A DNA stretch of 64,000 bases from Selaginella moellendorffii (Eukaryota; Plantae; Lycopodiophyta): contig NW_003314336.1 in NCBI RefSeq assembly GCF_000143415.4, forward strand, positions 547,296 through 611,295, written 5' to 3'. A model generated the notes under the pieces. It was not told the DNA's origin. It did not search any database and was given only the letters and a program-made list of their open reading frames with translations. Within the stretch, counting starts at the first letter, position 1. Each line of letters begins with the position of its first letter. A program made the position numbers and the translations under genes. Positions 59,110-64,000 of the stretch are shown here, piece after piece.

Positions 59110-62100
59110 CATGGTAGATCAGCAATCTCCTCCTTTGACTCTAGAGCAGTAGTTGGTTCAATTGTTTGATGCCATGCGCTTGCAATTGAACAACCAAACT
59201 CAATTGATGGCAGCATTCACGGCACGTGGTTCAACTCCTTCTGCTCTTGGTGCCAATCTTGCGTTCGGCTGGAGTTCTTTTGTGAGAATCTTGGGGATGA
59301 TGTGTACCATTGGTTCGATCACTTCACGGTGATTGCCACATATCATTCTTGGGATGATGCTCGACGTTTGCGTGAGTTCCCCACGTGTTTCTAAGGGACA
59401 GCGTTGTAGTGGTACAATGGATTGAGCATAGCCACTCATGGGGATTGGAGTGTTCTTCTAGACGCTTCAAATGTGCCTTTGAATATGCTGGCGATTGTGA
59501 TGATGCCTTCCAAAAATTGCATTGTTTTCGCCAAGGGCCATCTGAGTCGGTGATGCAATTTGGTGTTCGTTTCTGAAGTCTTTTGCTTCGTGTAGAGCCT
59601 GATATGTCAGAGCGGATCAAGCTAGAAATGTTGTGGCCAGCACTTCGTCAAAATCTTATCGGCCTTGTGCATGCCCTTGCTCCTGCCACCCTTGACGATG
59701 CTCTTCGCTTGGCACAACGTTATAAGACGTTGCCTCTTCCACTTCTCGCTGCACGTCCTTCAGCTCCACTTCCTATGAGTGATGGTCCTATTCTAATGGA
59801 GGTTGATGCTGCTGCTACTTGAGTCCAAGGACAAGGGTGAGGACGTGGTTGTGGCCATGATGTTCGTTGCTGGGCATGTGATGAAGTTGGTCATACTTAT
59901 CGGCGTTATCGACGCTTTCCGGATTGGCAACCTCCATTTCTTGGGTGGAGACCTTGGCGTCAGCAACGTCCCGTTGGTGCTACTGCGGTGAAAGGTTTGG
60001 ACACCGAGGTGCATCTGGGAAATGAGGAGTCGCGCGAGTAATAGAGGGACCTTGCGCGAATAAGTTAGTGACCCCCCCCCATCTTTCTTTCGGGAGTATC
60101 ATCAAGGGGTCCACTCGGCACCGGTTCATCCAGTGTCTATTTTCCAAGCTCGTTTTTATAACAAGAGGTCTCCTATTATTCTCTTTGTGTTAGTTGATAT
60201 AGGTTCGAGTTTATCTTCTATTGCTGGACCTGTTGCCACACGTTGTCATCTACACTTGTGTCATGCGGCGGATCCAGTTTTCATTCTTTATGGCAACGGC
60301 CGTACACATGCATGTGCACGAGATGAGGCGGACCTGGTTGTGCTTGTGGGCGATCTCGAGCTTGAGTTGCAGTTGTTATGGGTGGTGCTGAGTCAAGCTT
60401 TTGGCCTCATTCTTGGTATGAATTGGTTGCAACGCAATCATGCCAAGTGTGACTTTGAGGGTTCTCCCCCTTGTCTCATACTTCCTTATGTTTCATTAAT
60501 TCCTCTCACTTCCGTACCTTTTCGTCCCTTTACTTCTACCTCTGTTTCCATTACTTTTGTTCCCCCACTATTTCCTCCTATGTTTCCATTTTGTTCTGCT
60601 CTTCCCTTTTCCGATCCCTCCAATGATCTTGGTGTTGCAGCTGTTGACTGGCTCATGAAGGAGTATTCTGATCTTTTTGAATTTGACCTATCGTCTGGGG
60701 CCAAGATTGCCACACATCATCCAATTCCAACTAGGGATGCTCGTCCAGTCAAGGTTCTTGTTCATTGTCGGTCACCCAAGGAGATCAAGATTTTACATGC
60801 AAACGTCAAGGAAATGTTGGAGAAGGGTGTTATTCGGAAGTTGCGGAGTCCTTGAGCATGTGAACCTCATCTTGTGACGAAGCCTGATGGGAGTATTCGT
60901 TTCTGCATCGACTATCGTTCGTTAAATGAAGTGACGATCCTAGATGTGTACCCTCTTCCTCACACTGCTAATTTCTTGGATCGTCTAGGGCAAAGTTGTT
61001 GGTTCACCAAGCTAGATCTTGCTTGTGGGTACGGGCAAGTACCGATGGCCGAAGAAAATATTCTTAAGACTGCTTTTCGTACACCATTTGGTTTGTACGA
61101 GTTCTTGGTGATGCTGTTTGGTTTGAACAATGCTCCAACAACTTTCCAACGGATGATGGACGAGGTTCTTTGTGATATGCCAGAGGTGATTGTTGACTTC
61201 ATTGATGATGTCTTGATTCACTCGGAGGGGACGTGGGAGAAGCACATTCATGATGTATGTAAAGTTTGCATGAAGGTTTGCAAGTTGATCTTGACAAACT
61301 TGTAGCTGTTCTAAAGTTCCCTATTCCGAAGTGTGTGAATGATGTGCAATGCTTCCTGGGCAAGGTGCAGTATCTCGGTCGTTTTGTGGATCATCTTTCT
61401 GATCGCACTGCAGCGTTGCAAGCGTTGTTGAAGTCATCAACATCATCTTTCATCTGGTCTTCAGATTGTGAGCGGGCGTTTGTGGATCTCAAAGAGTTGT
61501 TGACGACTCCTTTGGTTTTGGCATATCCTGACTACACTCGACCTTTTATTTTGCATGTAGATGCTTTTGATATTGGTCTTGGAGGTGTGTTGATGCAAGA
61601 AAGTTCGAGTGTGCCTGGTCAGCGTCATTTTATTGCATATATAAGTCGTACGTTACAACCAGTAGAGGTGAACTACCCTACGACAGAAAAGGAGTGTTTA
61701 GCGGCAGTTTGGGGTTTCAAGAAACTTCATGCATATCTACATGGTTCTTGGATGTTATTTGAAGGTGACCATGCTGCTGTTACTTCATTATTGAAACGGA
61801 AGAACTTGGTTGGTCATACTGCTCGGTGGGATTTGAAGCTTCAAATATATAATTTTGATGTTGTTCATCGCCTAGGGAGTTCTATGGCTAATGCTGATGC
61901 CCTTTCTCGAGCTCCTCTTCCTTCTCCACTCTTTTCTCATATTTCTGATGAGTTTGTTGTTCTAGCATTTATGGATTTTCTAAACGAGGATTCTGTGCCA
62001 ACGGCAGTTGCTGTACTTGACGTTCAGTGTCCACAAGGTGCAGAGCAAGATCTACCTTCTCTTGATGAGGTTTGCGAGGCTCAAAAGATTGAGCCGTGGA

Positions 62101-63610
62101 TTCAAAGACTTCGAGATGCATTTGAGAATCCTGGATCACTGCCTTTTCAGCATTTATATTCTCAATGTCATCTTGAAGATGGCCTTCTTTATTTTGTGGG
62201 GACAGATCCTGATGATCATTTACGGTTGGTGATGCTTTCTATCTTTATTCCGTGGTTTCTCCATGCCTACCATGATTCTCCTGTTCTAGGGTGGCATATG
62301 GGACATTGTTGTGTGACCGAGAAGCTGCGCAGGTCTTTCTATTAGCCGGAGATGCGATGTGATATTATCCGGTATGTGCATAGCTGCGTTTGGTGCCAAG
62401 CTTGTAATACTCCCCCTTGTGCTATGGAAGGACGGTTGGAGCCAATTGCAGTTTCCCGTCTGTTTGAGTTGGTGGCGTTTGATCTTATGGGACCTTTTCC
62501 ACAGTCGACTGTTGGCAATGAATATGTTATTATTGCTTCTAACTACTTGACTCGTTGGGTGGAAATTGGTGATCTTGCTAGTGCCTCGGCAACTGTTGTT
62601 GGATACTTCCTCCTCAATTGAGTGATTTTCTAGCATTCTTGTCCAGAGCGGATTCTTTCGGATAATGGTCTTGCATTTATGGTTGAGGCATTTCATGTTT
62701 TGACATCTCGGTTGGGGATACGCCACACTTTCATGAGTGCTTATCATCTACAATCAGATGGTCTGGTGGAACGGCTCATTTGGACATTCAAAGGGATGAT
62801 TGTGAAATATGTGAACTTTCAACATTCAAATTGGGATGGTTATTTGCCGTCTCTTCAGTATGCCTATGTCACAAGGGTGTAGAGTTCTGTTGGTGCTTCA
62901 CCATATAAACTTCTATATAGTCATGATCTAATATTACCAATGGAACTGGGTTTACCTTCGCGATTGCCACGAGCTACCGATGTTAGGTTGTGAGATTAGT
63001 ATTTGACGAGCATTTTTTCACTTATCCAAAAAGAGTTTGCTGAACACTTAGGCCACATACAATTGGGACAACAATGGCATTACAACTCCCATCATCAATC
63101 ACTTGTGGAGTACAAAGTGAATGACTTGGTGTTAGTCTATTTTCCCTATCTTATGATACGTGGTTTATCTAAAGGGCTTTATGCTCAGTGGAAAGGACCA
63201 TATCAGGTGTTGTGGCAAGTTGGATCACAAGTTTATGAAGTTTGACATGACGTCTAGCAAACCAATCCTCCAGAAATTGTGCATGTGTAGCAATTGAAAC
63301 ACTTCGTACAAAGGGATCATGAACAACTGATACCACCTACAAATCTACCGATGCCTCCTCCTAACATTCCTTTAGATCCAGGCCCATCTACAAGAGAACC
63401 TTGATGGTCTTCCATTATTTCGAGAGAAGGGGATGATGTGAGGTCCAAGTGTATGGCTATGATATTGTATATTATAATTAGTGTAATAGGATTTTGGTAG
63501 CCGTTAGATTGGTTTTAATTCGGACCACTTGCTTCTGTATATAAGCTAGGGTTTTGGGCTAATTGATATGCACATTTCAGTATTCCCTTTCCATATTCCA
63601 TGCACTCACA
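59110..63610 (+). mobile_element. Degenerate Ty3/Gypsy element gag-PR-RT-RH-INT, 5' LTR missing
   Basis: gag from ATG ~59110; LVDIGSS protease; RFCIDYRSLN and FIDD RT; RNase H; H-H-C-C and LSDNG integrase; PPT and 174-bp 3' LTR 63437-63610; many stops; no chromodomain seen. Confidence 0.95.
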
Positions 63611-64000
63611 ATGCTAATTACTCATATTTTTTGTGTTCCAATTAATAAATTATGTATGTTGGTTCTTGAAAAATATTACAAAGTTTGATGTTAAAAACCA
63701 GTTAAAGTTTTTGTAGATAGGCTTATTCCTTTTATTTTGCTTTAACTCTTTCCTTTCTTCTTGCCTTCATACCTTTTTGTTAACATCTATGTTTGCATTT
63801 ATATTATTGATTGAGTGCTGGCTTGTGCTTCTTCCAAATCTTGTTCATTCTCCTTTTAAATTTGTTTTCCAACTGCCTATGTTTAAGTTCATGCAAGAAA
63901 TTTAAAAGCCATGCAATTTTATAGTCTTAATGCCCGGCTCCTCCCTGATCGCCCTAACTAATTTGGAAGCACATGAACGTTCGTACAAAACCAGCTGCCA

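Overview
Plant genomic DNA, very probably a lycophyte (Selaginella-like). This is inferred from short ~50-60 bp introns, an intraflagellar-transport gene (IFT70/TTC30) implying flagellated sperm, and a Selaginella-style PLS PPR gene. Positions 2.6-13.6 kb are a compact gene block: a frameshifted Crinkler-like NTPase+REase gene, an orphan CYP 3' fragment, IFT70/TTC30, importin beta-1, a PPR gene and a PPR relic. Most of 13.8-64 kb is nested transposon debris: at least four LTR-retrotransposon families (including a non-coding LARD-like family with 12-bp arrays in its LTR), a 5S-rRNA-carrying Cassandra-like TRIM with solo LTRs, and an 8-kb TIR DNA transposon with a Sola-like transposase, a cargo gene and about 13 copies of a 20-bp palindrome. 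The main discovery is a three-gene island at 40.05-43.45 kb that looks like a split burpitide (plant RiPP / cyclopeptide-alkaloid) cluster. It comprises a secreted multi-core precursor (NPE-[APLFY/APLLY/SLFFY/SLFIY/ILLLY]-AK repeats), a TauD/clavaminate-synthase-like Fe(II)/2OG oxygenase and a BURP-domain cyclase. Precursor and BURP carry frameshifts in this assembly, so the locus is either decaying or mis-assembled. All family assignments are by motif recognition; no searches were run.
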